NCBI RefSeq assembly: GCF_964355755.1
Contig: NC_092673.1
Location: 22,813,648 to 22,877,647 of the forward strand
Direction: 5' to 3'
Length of the DNA: 64,000 nucleotides
Source: Antedon mediterranea
Lineage: Eukaryota > Animalia > Echinodermata
Shown in pieces: positions 1 through 13,616 of the stretch. Both the position numbers and the translations under genes were made by a program. Each line of letters opens with the position of its first letter. The first letter of the stretch is position 1. The notes beneath the pieces were generated by a model, which had not been told where the DNA came from, ran no database searches, and worked only from the letters and a program-made list of their open reading frames with translations.

Positions 1-290
1 AAGTGAGTGACTGAGCGGTTTCTAGATAGTGGAACCATAATTACATAGTCATAACAAGGGTTCGAGGCTCCATGGTTCTGATAGTAGAATGAATCTTCTC
101 GGATAAGGACTATAAACCGTAGGTCCAGTTTATACATCTAGCTCATGTGAACTTTAAAGAACCTAGTACATCCTTCGAGATGAGTGTAGGGGGTTACCCC
201 GGTGTACTAGTACATCACAGCCACTGATCATAACTGAGCCTCTGGGAGACCAGTCTTTGACTGAAGAGGTTGCCCAGTATAAATAAAATA
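1..290 (+). mobile_element. tRNA-derived SINE with Nin/Deu-type central domain
   Basis: A-box-like GACTGAGCGG and B-box GGTTCGAG; core tcttctcggataaggactataaaccgtaggtcc...ttaaagaacc...ggggttaccccggtgtac resembling the Deu/Nin domain; AT-rich tail. Confidence 0.7.
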
Positions 291-1660
291 TTTCAATAGG
301 AGAGTTTCATGATACCTGGCTTGTAGAAATTATTTTTGGTTAGAAGAATTGAATACTTTTATACTTCGGAAGCTTAACCCAACCTTCCATGGTTCAATAT
401 AGGCCTACCAGCTGCATATGATTCATTGTGTTTTTGTTATTGTTTACTAACAAACATGATTTTTTTAACACAAGAATTTTTCTTATGAATGTATGTATCT
501 GTGAAATAATTTATTTTGTTCAATCCCAGAGCCGTTAATTTGTCAATTTAAAATTTAAATAAATTTTCATTCAAATTCATTCGTTATCTTTCATTTCTAT
601 CTTCTGTCAATTTACATACATGATAGATAATTTCTAGGATTGGTCTTTACATCGTACATCATAGTCAAAACAAATTATATCCCGAGGTAGTATCCGTATA
701 CGAGTAACATTCAGTCAACCTGTCAACAAGCTTGTTAGAAACTTGAAATTAGGCAAATGCACTGCATTGCCCCTAATTACAGTAATAAGCTTAGGAAAAA
801 TATGAATAATTTAAAATGATGTACACCTAAAGCAAGCCTTTGAGTCAAATAATTTGTGATATATTATTTATTTTGCATTTAAAACTTGTAATATTTAATT
901 CATAACAAGGACAATTAGTGATAAAAAAAAATACTGGGTAATAAAAACTGAGGCAGGATTTACGTAAATATATAATAAAATGAGGCTCTGTTCACATAGA
1001 TTTATAATTTAGTATAGTTTATAGTATACCAACTCAAAGTCACTGGGGTGTCATAGAGGGTATGGCAAGGATTACAAATGGGCTGAAATAGTCTAGTCTT
1101 TCTTGCACCTACAAAATCCAGCATCTGACTCCACAGTCGGCTACTAGAACAAAAGTAACTGGGAAACATTTATAAACTCAAAAATATAGCAACTCTTATG
1201 TCATCCAAGTGATCCTACATTTTTTATATTTTATTTTTTATATTTTATTTGTTTTTAACTGTTCTGTATATATCTTTTAAATTATGCCTACTGTGTATTT
1301 ATATTATAATTTTTATTTACTTTTAAACTTATAACTGAACCATTTTGGAGAGCAGTACTGCGTTACTGAAAATGCAATCCAGTCATATCATATCATATCA
1401 TATCATTTATTTCGCCAATATACAGAACAGTACAAAAAAAAAACAATACAAAAGTAAGTCAATGAGGCCGGATAACCTAAAAGTTATAAATAAAAATAAC
1501 CGTCGAGAGGCTCTCCACATCGAAATACTTACATAAAATGAATAATACATGGAAAAGTCAAGTCAAAAGAATGAATAAATAAATACTAATCTGTCAACAT
1601 TGAAAATGTAATTACTGTATGTACAGTTGTATACTACAGTCGTACCCTTCCTCTATTAAA

Positions 1661-1756
1661 CTACACTATCAAACTTTATGTGATAAAAAATGTGCCCATA
1701 TATGGACATGATGATGTCATATCACTACCATATTTAAACATAGTGTAGACAGAGCT
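1661..1756. mobile_element. Short Harbinger-like MITE
   Basis: ctacacta ... tagtgtagacagagct-taa; second copy beginning agctctgactacactatcaaa at 14471. Confidence 0.6.
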
Positions 1757-2839
1757 TAAGAAACACTCTTGAGTCTTAATATCCCCTAATAGTTGTTCTA
1801 CTGAATTTTTATACAAAGGTGGAGGTCCACCTGGTCTACTGTACCCTGAATTTTCACCTTTCACACAATGCATAAAAATATTTCTGGAATTGAAAGTGTT
1901 TAATGCACAACCATTAACTTTCCTTCCTAAAGTGCTTAAATTAAAGTTTACTAGTCACTGATAATGGTAGTTTATGTTCATTGGTCAGTGTAAAAATCAC
2001 AAATTAATGTCCATCAATCTGGTCTCTATCCGAATCTATTTCATAGTTCAGACAAAAATACAAACATAAATCTGCATGAGTCTGATTTGTATGTAACCAT
2101 ACTGACAATAGTTTATAGAGCAAAATTCTTACTATTATCATCATCCTGAAGTGTTGCCACGTCTCCCGTATCATTGTATACCTCTGGAACATCGATACCA
2201 CCTCCTCTTGTTGAAACCCTCGGCATGTCGGGTAATTTCGGAAGGCTTAGTGTTGGGAAATTCGTACATTGGCTTACAGTTGTGAGAGTATCAAAGCACA
2301 TTGCCTGTTTCGACATTTTGAATCTGAAAAAACAACAAAGTGAAACAAAGTCTGTTATATTATTGCTATTCCATGTAGGCTGCCAATTTCCTGTATTTGC
2401 TTTTGAACTTTACTGTGTTTTAGTTTTAAACGTCACTGAGTTTTAGTTCATGTGAACAAAAATAAAAATAGACATTTTACTAGATGATAAAATGTATTAC
2501 AATCTCACACAAAGTTTTGTATTAAAATGTTTTTGTTGAATAGGCCTATGCCATTTTAATGTCACATAATGTACCTGAAAAAAAAGTGTTATTTAAAGCA
2601 AAAAAAATAGTCAAATTGACTGGAAGTAAATGGGTTTTTGGTTGAATTTAACTGTTTATTTTGTGTTTTTATAAAAAAAAAATTTTCTCCAGAAGTAATT
2701 AACTATATAAGAATTATTATGTATTTTTTTGTGATCTTAATTTTTCATGTTTTTTGCGGGCAATACGTCCTTAAATTTCATGTTTTTGTATATTATTATT
2801 TTGTTTATTTTTTACTCCGGAAGACTTTCTTAAGTACAC

Positions 2840-3142
2840 TATACCCTACTCTCTGTGAATAGTATACCAAGTTCTTTTATTGTGCACAGGAACAATGTAT
2901 GCACATGGAACCAACAGCTTTACGTCCCATCTGGAAGATAAGAGTAAAAGTATTTTCCTCTCTAAGAATACAAGCCATACTGTATGGCTCTCACATTCTA
3001 GTTTGATTTACCATTATTCCACAACACTCAATGAAGAGTCCATACAGCACCCAGTTTCCTAGAGTATCTTCAAGTTCTCTGGGCCCAATATTGATTAACT
3101 TTTGTGATTTGACAAGAACCAGTTTTTTAACGTTATATGACT
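2840..3142 (-). mobile_element. Degenerate 5S-rRNA-derived SINE with Nin/Deu-like core
   Basis: 3043-3142 resembles the reverse complement of 5S rRNA (tacagcacc...gggccc...ttaactt..gtgat...gaacc.g...aacgt..tatg); minus-strand core cagatgggacgtaaagctgttggttcc...aaaagaac. Confidence 0.65.
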
Positions 3143-5310
3143 AAATATCAAACCTTATCCCCAAACCCTAGTATTGTGCATAGACCAGACCTCGTACATA
3201 AGCATTAAAATGACTATTATCTTTGTCAGCACAGAGAATGAGCTACATACATCATGTTGCATTATCAATGTGAACAACAACCTGCCAATATTCATATAGT
3301 ACTTTGTAAATGCATTGTTTAATGCTAATAATTCTTTAATATGCTGTAGGATACATCATTTTTATATTTTAATCAAAAAGCAATTGGTACACTTTAGAGT
3401 GATGGATTTCTTCCTTTTAGCCAATTGACAGCGTCAAGGATAGTCAAAGTGAGCTTAAAGCTAGTAGGACAAAAAAAATTGTTGGAAATCAGAATGTTAC
3501 TTTGTAAATATGTTTTGAATCATAGTTAAAAGCACCATAGAAATTTCTTTAGCAGCCTATTTTATTGTAACAAACACAGGTAAAATCTAGTGATATCAAT
3601 TAAAATAGAATCGATTTGACTACCAGTTTAAAATGTACCTGTTGAACCAAGCAGGATTTTTACAAGGGGGTTTGTTTTTGTACAAACATATAAATCTCTT
3701 AAGCAACGAAATAGCTAAATTGCCTCAACACACGCCGCGGAAAAATGGGGAAAATTTCGTGTGGCTAATTTAGGCCTATTAAACACAATCACTGCTGATC
3801 TCCATGAATAGGAAAAAAGAGGGTAAAGGGAAAAGATGCTCAAACCCCTACAGGCGTGTGTTTACATGAAATTGTTAATACATATGCGAATAACTCATCC
3901 AACATATTCCACTGCATATTATGTAGTATTTATTGTTCTTTGTTCCTGTTATATAAATACTGATTTCCAATAGGAAACAATCGTTTGACTATTTTTGATT
4001 TGACTATTTATTTTTCATTTAACATGAATATCTTTTTTTTTTTCAATGACCAGACAATTTTTTTTTTTAGATAAGACTCCTCACGATGATTTATAGAACA
4101 AAAAGTTTGTGAAATTTCTAATTTTAGTATCCTCAATTGTTATATTACATTACCCCTTCATTAAAAACAATACATGTGTCATGTCAAATCAAACTTTTTA
4201 ACAATTTTATACATACATTATTTTAGGCCAAATAAATAATGTATATAAAAAGGCAGCACAGACTTTTTTTGAATATTTGTTTCTGTTTTTTTAAGGTATA
4301 TTGTTTTTAAAACAAAATCAAATTTGCATGATCACAGTTGTTGTTATAAACGGAAACTGTACTTTTAAATTATATTTCTCATGTTGGTACATTACAAATG
4401 ATAATAATTAATATCCCCTCAAAAAACAAAAACCAATCCTGAATGTAAAACTTTTTTTTTTTTTGGCCATATCAAGTTTTGTCTTGTGTTATCTTGATTT
4501 ACATACTGTAGTGTTCTTATCTTAATATGTCCTTTGTGAAACCGAAATCAATCAGTGTAATTTAAGATTATCTGAAAAAATAATACTGAGACTTGTTCTT
4601 GTTAATGTGGCATAAAAGAAAGTGAATATGTTTCTGGGTTTTTGAAGTATAATTTCAAAAAGGTAATAATAACATTTGTGGTTTGTGAATAAGCAATAGA
4701 TAAATTGCATGGTTCTGTCATCACACATGCTGAAAAAGGTCACATTTTCATAGTCATTGTTATTCTTTAATGTAGAGTTTAATAATGAATCCTGTGGTAG
4801 TATGGTTCAAATCCTGATATATTCTTTTTCTCGCAGCAAAGGCAATGCCCACAGTATCCGAAAGTAGTAATAAATATACAGTCACTCCCAAACCGGACTC
4901 TATGAAAACCACAAACACTTTTAAACCAGGATACCTTTACAGACCAAAAAGTCATAACATTTATATAATAATAAATATATGCTGGAAAGCAAGACTAAAA
5001 AAAATGTTTTACCAGTCCAAAGTGTCCGGTTGTGAAAATTTTGACTAATCATAAAGTTTACCTACCGTTAATATTCAACTGAGGCTGGTTAACTAAGTTG
5101 GTCTCTTTCTGATGTGTTTGAAGTGCTGGTAACTAAATCCAAGTATATATTAGTCACAGTCGTAACGGTTTATAGCATTTTCTTCCTGATCACAACATAA
5201 AGTTTTATCTTTAACAAATGACGTCTTCGAGCTGTAAAAGTACATTATTGAAAAGTGCTATAACAATCTCGTAAAGATATGTTTACTGGTTGACTAATGA
5301 AACAGATTGG

Positions 5311-6232
5311 CACAATCATAGAATGACCAATGCTGTCCATAATCATAGAATGACCAATGCTGTCCAAATCATAGAATGACCAATGCTGTCCACAATAATA
5401 GAATGACCAATGCTGTCCATAATCATAGAATGACCAATGCTGTCCAAATCATAGAATGACCAATGCTGTCCACAATAATAGAATGACCAATGCTGTCCAC
5501 AATCATAGAATGACCAATGCTGTCCACAATCATAGAATGACCAATGCTGTCCACAATCATAGAATGACCAATGCTGTCCACAATTATAGAATGACCAATG
5601 ATGTCCACAATCATAGAATGACCAATGCTGTCCACAATCATAGAATGACCAATGCTGTCCACAATAATAGAATGACCAATACTGTCCACAATCATAGAAT
5701 GACCAATGCTATCAACAATCATAGAATGACCAATGCTGTCCACAATCATAGAATGACCAATGCTATCCACAATAATAGAATGACCAATGCTATCCACAAT
5801 CATAGAATGACCAATGCTATCCACAATCATAGAATGACCAATACTGTCCACAATCATAGAATGACCAATGCTATCCACAATCATATAGAATGACCAATGC
5901 TGTCCACAATAATAGAATGACCAATGCTATCCACAATCATAGAATGACCAATGCTGTCCACAATAATAGAATGACCAATGCTGTCCACAATAATAGAATG
6001 ACCAATGCTGTCCACAATCATAGAATGACCAATGCTGTCCAAATCATAGAATGACCAATGCTATCCACAATCATAGAATGACCAATGCTGTCCACAATAA
6101 TAGAATGACCAATGCTGTCCACAATCATAGAATGACCAATGCTGTCCACAATCATAGAATGACCAATGCTGTCCACAATCATAGAATGGCCAATGCTGCT
6201 GTCCACAATCATAGAATGACCAATGCTATCCA
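5311..6232. repeat. 27-bp minisatellite, about 34 copies (CACAATCATAGAATGACCAATGCTGTC)
   Basis: Direct tandem periodicity; explains the repetitive ORFs on both strands. Confidence 0.97.
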
Positions 6233-9200
6233 ATTTTTTTTTTTTATTTTTTTTTTTATCATGTATATAAATATATTGTATAATCCGGGTTGTAAAATGA
6301 AAACAAACAAATGAAAATGTGTTAACTATTTTAAAACGGGATAGATGATCCTGTCAAGTGTATAGCAAAATATAAGAAAATTCATGAAAAAAGGAGTAAT
6401 ACAGAATTCATATATGTAAAAATGTTACTTATGAACTGTAACTACATTTACAAGTTAAATAATACGATTTTATGTAATATGAGATAATATGAATGTGAAT
6501 AAAAGTGGTGTTTGCGCCACAAAAGAGGAAAAAAAACTATTTGATTGTCTTTCAAAAGAAATAATTTCATTTCCCTATCAAATAAAGTTATTTTATCTAC
6601 AAAATTTCCACATTCTTTACTAAGGAAACATTTCATATATACTTCTACATATTTTTGTAATGTGTATACAAATTGGTTCTTACATGTATTGATGGATGTT
6701 GTCCAAACCAACGTGGTATTGCCCATCACACAATTTCTAACCTAGTGTCCTCTTTACAACATAGTTTCCACAATTTCTAACAACCACACAGTGATTTCCT
6801 GCTGCTTTTTTTAAACTGTAACTCTTTATGTAATAAATCTCCCATCCTCTTTTAAAATAATATGTTAATTCAATTATTTAATGTTACTTACCGTCTCAGC
6901 CCTCACCTCCCTCTCTTCCCAGACAGAAATATCACTCGTAGCTGTATATAACAGGTGTGTTAAAGTCACATATTTTTCTTCTACTGATGGTAACTATAGG
7001 ATACTGTATCAAATAAAAACAAGTAGGCCTTACATACCAAGTTTACTTTCTCATGTGGAATTAGTCGAAGGCTAAAGCTAGAATAAGGATAAGTTTTAAT
7101 TCCAGCGTTTCCTGACTATAGTTAATTCCTTGTCCACATTGGTTGATTGTTGTAAATAAAATATTTAGCTTTCATATCCTGTATTGTATTGTATGTAGTG
7201 AACTATGAAAGTGCATTCTTTCTGCTGGTTACGGCAGTTGTACACCAAGATATTTGAAATTGGCATTTAAAAAAAAAGTCTTGTACATTAGTAAACAAAT
7301 TATTTTAAGGTCACCAAAGCCAAATGAGTTGTGATAAAAATATTTATTTTGAAATTATTTACACTGTAAAATCAGGGAGGTATTTTACCTCCCTGCTAAA
7401 ATCATATTCAAGAAATGTGTATTTCTACCATGCTTATGCCATTCCAATACATTCATAATACTGTACTTCCAAAATATGAAATTAGGTCAAACTTTAACTC
7501 AGAGGACTAAAATCAACTGTACTCTTTTTAATTTAAGGTCTAGATTTAATAAATTTTGATTTAAACAAATTTAAATAATATAAAAGGTTTTTCAAAAATT
7601 GATTATAATTTTAGTGTTGGCGGTATTGTTTTTCCTAATTTGTAGATCATAATTATAGTCTGATAAAAAGAATTTACCAGGGAGGCTAGCTCAAAGAGCT
7701 TAGACACTTATTTCCATTTGAGTCCTTTTGTAGTCTAAAATAATTGAAGTATAGTGGTAAATAAACTAATTTTGATCCCAAATATTATTTTGTAATTTTC
7801 TTTTGGATGATCCAAGTCGAGAATAATAAACTTGCATTAAAATTAATTAAAATCTCTCATTGGTTTAATCACTGTTTTGATATATTCTCAACTTTGATTA
7901 TCAAAAGAAAATTATACAATCAAAATTTTACAAATATTGCTTAAAATAATATAAAGTAATGAATAAGCATATTGTTATTGATAATATTGTTATGATTGCT
8001 ATTGAGGATTTGTGTTAAGGAGGTTATATTTAATCCAAGGCCAAGCGTGGTTATCCATAAATTTTAATGCAAATACTATGCCCTTGGTATTTCACAAAAA
8101 ATAAATAATGTTCCTTTATTGTTTTTATACATTAATTGGAATTTTGCATTAAGCCAGTTCTCGCACAACTCAAACATTTTTGCATTGGAAATATGTTCTA
8201 TCCCTTTATTATCTTCAACTGCAAGGGCAAAATGCTTTGATTTTTATTTCCCGAGCAAAATTGGATAAGTATCAGCGAAGTTTAAGTGTAATAAATCTGT
8301 AACTTTAGGGATTTTCGGTGACCTTCGGAACGTTGTGAGCACGCAAATGTAAATGCTTGTAAAGATCCATGTATGTATGTATTTACTATGTCATCATTCC
8401 ACCACTCCTGATAATATTAGAGTATCTATAATTTTGTAGTGGAGTGGACATTTGTTTGGCATAATGTTATTTGCCATAAATATAAACAGATTCAGTTTAA
8501 ATTTACGATCAAAGTTTATTCACTAACACTTGAAAGGTGAATAATTTCTGTTCTTTCATTACCTGTAAATGTCTTTTAGAATTTGAGAAGACAGAACATA
8601 AAAACATTTATGATAATATGTTCCACTTCAAGCTAATTTATCGAATTCTCTGTTGCACAATTAAATTTATGTTTTATGGTTCCCAAATTGATCTATTTGA
8701 TGTACAATGTCATTTGCTGTTAAATCTAAAATTCATTGTTGGCCATTAAGAAAATTCCTGACTCTTTCTTCATCGTTTTGTATGTAATTACGTTTATATA
8801 CTTTGAAGAAAAATGTAAAGTATTTACAAAATTGTATTTCTGTCTAAACTATGTAATTTTATGAATTAGAAAATGTGAAATTTATTTTTACTTGCATTTG
8901 TATATTTGTGAATAAAGCTATATTTAATTAATTTTTAAATATTTTTGAATTGTTTAAAACGTATATATTCTAGTTATTTCAAATTAAATTACTAATGTAA
9001 TTACTAAATATGTTTTCCTATCAGTATAAATCTTAGTGGTCTTGGTAAATCTGAAGCCAAAAGACACACATACTAGCTCGTAATCGAAAGTTTAAATGGT
9101 TCAATAAACATAGGCCTATTAACATAAAACTCTTTGTTACAAAGAAAATCCAATTACGACTAAACAATATGCAACATTTTTAGACAAGTTTTGCAAGCCT

Positions 9201-10711
9201 GAGATGTGATGCAAAGAAAAAAAAAATTAGTGTAATTATATCAACTTTATTTAACCAATTATTAAAGCAATTTAGCAGTACATGATTTTATGTCGCTTTT
9301 TAGATGAAATTCTTTCTCTGATCTTGAAAGTCTGTGTGAACCTTTGTTACAAAATAGGTCATAGCATAAATAGTTCACCCATTTGTTTAGCTGATGTGAT
9401 GACGTATATTCGCCTTGTAATTAGTAAGTGAAATGAGTTATGAAGCATGTGCAAGATATGCTTGTCTGCTCTTTAGTACATTTACGCATCATAAATTAAT
9501 TTGAACATACAATTGTTTTTTTAATTACTGTATGAATTTACAGTAAATACTGTCTTTAACCTAGTTGTTGGTTTAGTGAGGAAAGACTGGGTAAGGTGTA
9601 TGTGAATGAGTGGATCAACTAAATATTATGCATGCCCCTTAGGTAACACCTGACATCTGGTAGTGGGAAAGGCCTATTGCACAATAATCGCGTTTGTTTT
9701 CAATTTAGTAATGAAAGACATCACTTCCTGGAGGGGATTTTCTTTTTTTTTGGCATTGGTTTGGCACTACAGTAACCCTTTAAATATCTCAAACAATGCA
9801 TAGTGTAGGGACTCACAATCCTCCAATCAATAAACCACAGCCAAGTTGGATTCAATTATTTTGTTTCACAGAATGGAAGACAGCACTGTTATGATATTCA
9901 TAATTTTAACAAGGGGCTGTAGCCAACAGTACGGTTGGTAACGTTTCAACCTGACCACTTTTTCACAGAGGCCTTTGACAACCCAGTGGCTTGAACAGGG
10001 ATTGTTCTTTTTTCTTGCAAAAATGGGACCACTTTATTTCTCGTGGATACATCACTGTAACAGTGTTGCACTTTACACTGTACATTTATCGAATCAAATA
10101 AGACTCCTTAATAATCAACCTTTAGATAAATAATGCACCGTACACAAATTCCAACTAGCGTGTCTGATAAACCGCATTTCGCTACTAATGTTCTACCTTC
10201 CAAGAGCCTGAAATAAAGTAAACGTTTGCCGCATCGTTTACGAGACATTTCAGACACTTGTATAGATACACTAAAGGTCAAAGTACTTTTTTAAAGGTGA
10301 CTGAACGTACTTTAGTATAATTTTCTATGATTATTAAAATAATTATGTTATTCCAAACTACTGTAATTGGGTCATAATTGTGATATAGCTAAAGCAAGTT
10401 ATATACACAGTAATAAAGCATTTGCATAATTATGTTGTAACAATTGGTTCTGTTTATGTGCGGTTTTATGACTTATTATGAGTTATTATGTTCGTTGAGA
10501 GGATAGAGAATTATTGATGTTTTGATACCATAAAACTAAAAGATACGTTTACTACAATGCATAGACTCCTTTAAAATCTTCAATTGATTGTGTATGTGCA
10601 TAGAGGAATTGTTTGGTGAATATTTATAGTTTCTGGCTGTGCTCATGAAATGTGATTGTATTATAACTCAACCTAGTCAAATCCCAGTAATATTTCTTTT
10701 GCAACCTTGTA

Positions 10712-10860
10712 TGCTTGGTTCCCACTAGGACTTAACGCAGGAACGTGATTGCAATGCAAGTAATTTGACCAATCCCAAGCAATTGATTATTCAAACTTGT
10801 CAGTTGTCGTTGGTCAACTTGCTTTTATGTTGTGCTGTCCATGCTAATGAGAACCATGCT
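10712..10860. mobile_element. Short MITE with gcttggttcccactag termini
   Basis: Imperfect TIR ctaatgagaaccatgct; partial copy at 19838-19880. Confidence 0.55.
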
Positions 10861-12223
10861 TTAGGGGAAAGCTCTAATGCCTGATTATGTAGTTAAGCAT
10901 AATAAAATAAAATCAAAATTGTGTAAGGGTTCTGGTCTGGCATACTGAAAAATATGTGTGAAGATAGTCACTCGATAGTTGTGACATTTATATACACAGT
11001 ATTAATTTATAGATGCTAAAGCCCAGTGTCCTGTGTAAAAGGACAAGACAGTATATAAGAATACAACATTTTCCTTGCATTACACTGGCTCTTTAATTCT
11101 TTGAATTCTTTAAATGATAAACCAGTCATTTTTTTTTCTGTTCAATTTTGTCTTATAGTGTGTACGTTAACTAATAAGAAAATTTATTATTTTCTTTGAG
11201 AGGCAATTACTTGTGTAATTTTGTAGAATTATTATAAATTGTATGCACTTATATTATAATAATTATCCAATTATAAGCTTTAGATTAAATCCAATAATAT
11301 CTATTATGTACAGTCGACCTTTGGGCTATTGTCAATTATTATATTTAACATAATTGTTTAAGCCTTTGTATTTGAATATTGAGCCCATGTGTATTTTCAA
11401 ATGTATTATTTTGGTCATGTATAATTACGATGAATTTCCACTAATTATTGTTTTGCATAGATATCGGGCAAAGGTATTTATGTTCGGAATTGCTGTATTG
11501 CATTATATTGTATTAATCTATGTATTCTTTCTACTGTAATTTACCTTCGAGAAGACTATGCCTATAACACATACAATACTGCTACAATGGTGAACTCCAA
11601 ATTTAAACAGTTAAATAAACAATTATTTTTAAAGTAAAATAAGCAGAATTGACAGATATTTTTCTTTGCCAGTTATAACTTTTCAAGTCAAGTCAAGTCA
11701 AGTCAAGTATCATTTATTATCATTTGTTTTAGGAAAAACATAGAAATTCTGTTTGCTCTGTTGGCGGAGCACAATATCCAACGGACACAACACGAACTCA
11801 AAAACAAAAACATTACAAAAAAAAGTCTACATCCCTTTTTCCATGATCATAGTAAATACATTTTTCACATGATGACCTTTTCTAAATATTCAGTTATATC
11901 AGTTTGTTGGCCAAGTGCCTAATAGACAATAATCAAAATTGGGATACACATTAGTGTAGGGTTCTATAGACTCGCAAAATATGTGTGAAGATAGTCACTT
12001 GATAGTTGTGACTTTTGTGCATTATATACACATCATATATATATATATATAAATGTTCACATGATGACCTTTTCTAAATATTCATTTATACCAGTTTGTT
12101 GGCCAAGTGCCTAATAGACAATAATCAAAATGGCCCACCTCTCTTGCAAATAAGTTGTGAAAAAAATGTTAATTTGCCTACTGTATTTATCAACGTTTAT
12201 TATAAAATTATTTATTAATTTAC

Positions 12224-13616
12224 CTTTGTACACTGTTTTTCCTGGAGATGGTATGTTGGACTTCCGCTCAGAGTGTGAAGAATGTTTACAACTTCGACCT
12301 AGCAATGTGAAAATTAAAATCAGCCAGTCCGGTTCACTCAATTGATTTACATGGCTTAGTAAATTGAGACAGTCATTATTAATATTAAGAAAGTCGGGAC
12401 AACAGATTTAAATGTTGATGGACGATTTCATGACTGCACTTCAGATCATAAGAATTTCTCATTCAATGCTATACAGCTGCAGGTGTAGTTAAACATTAAT
12501 TTGCTCTTACTGTAGAATAAATCCCTTCACTCAATATTTCCCAATGTGTTCTTGCAGAAAATGTTTCACCAGTGGAAATGCTTTTTTAGCTTTGTCTGGA
12601 GTTTAAACTTGATTCCTGTAAATAGAATTAAAGGATAAATAGCCAATTAAAAGATAAATAGCCAATTAAAGTACTTCCTTTAGAAATTCTTTGTCTTTAA
12701 TTTGAACTATTAAGATAGAATTGGGTTTGTGCTGAAATATTCACTCTCCTGGTAATGTATGTCTTCAGCTATCTTCCTAAACTTTAGCTTGGTCTTAAAG
12801 CAATGACTTTTTAACTGCACAATACTGGTTATATTTTATTGACACAATATTTTCATGGTCGCCAGAATCAATATTTTTCTTTATAGTATGCACCTATTAA
12901 AAAAATTCTTAACTTGAAATCAAACTTGACTAGATGCTGACAATGGTTGTTGATATTATGTGGAGAGTATTAAGCATTGTCTTCGTCCAGAATAAGCCAT
13001 TGATTCACTTTGGTCAACAAAATTTAAGATAAACAGTCCTAGTATGTTTTCCTCAAGTTAGTAACTGATCTCTAAATTCATTTATCTCACTGAGTTTTCT
13101 TAGTATTGCAAAATAATTCATGCCCTGGTTTAAACGTACAAACTTTTCATCACATATACTGTAGTAAATCTATTTTTATAACAAACGATGTTAACTTGCA
13201 TTTAAATAGACCAGTATCCTCAGAGCTCAACTGCAAAATAATCCTCATATCTTTGTGCAGAAACTTGACTTAGATACAGAGACATAATATTTTATAGCAG
13301 TTGTAGGTTGTGTGCATATTACATATGATAGACATGCTTCAGTTCCGAGGCTGTAGTAATTAATGATTGGCTGGCTATGATGTTGGTATTTATGAATGGA
13401 TGAGCGAGTAAGTGTAAGGTAATGACGCCTCAATTGATCCATGTCTTCAAAACGTTTCTCGAATAAATTTGTGTCCATGTTGATTAATTTTAGTTTCTTC
13501 ACATTTTTAACGTAGATGTGTATTGAGAATGTTAATAAGGTGATCAATTTTATTGCTTTTTTTCTTTTTACATATTCTGTGGGATACTGTATACTACTAG
13601 ACCTACAATATTTCAT
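12224..13616 (-). pseudogene. Decayed Ig-domain membrane-protein gene
   Basis: MRIILQLSSEDTGLFKC (Ig DxGxY/FxC motif) at about 13195-13250; YTCSCIALN-like motif and hydrophobic stretches at 12.3-12.5 kb; many stops and frameshifts; acceptor near 12615, donor at 12223. Confidence 0.5.

Larger units (their letters stand above)
2113..6941 (-). pseudogene. Possible downstream cytoplasmic-tail exons of the decayed gene (6892-6941, ~5067-5232, 2113-2323)
   Basis: Good splice-site contexts and higher GC than flanks; the middle segment has stops in all frames; product unidentified. Confidence 0.25.

Noticed and set aside
3043-3142. Functional 5S rRNA gene
   Set aside because: Too degenerate and attached to a SINE-like core
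5311-6232. CRISPR-like appearance of the tandem arrays (also 62427-63514 and 36416-36820)
   Set aside because: No unique spacers, no cas genes, eukaryotic context
5423-6314. Repetitive ORFs MIVDSIGHS / MTNAVHNHR
   Set aside because: By-product of a 27-bp minisatellite; frames are broken by indel units and there is no splice or start context
11864-12131. Local ~75-bp direct repeat and similarity to 10912-10990
   Set aside because: Ordinary small duplication with no sign of function
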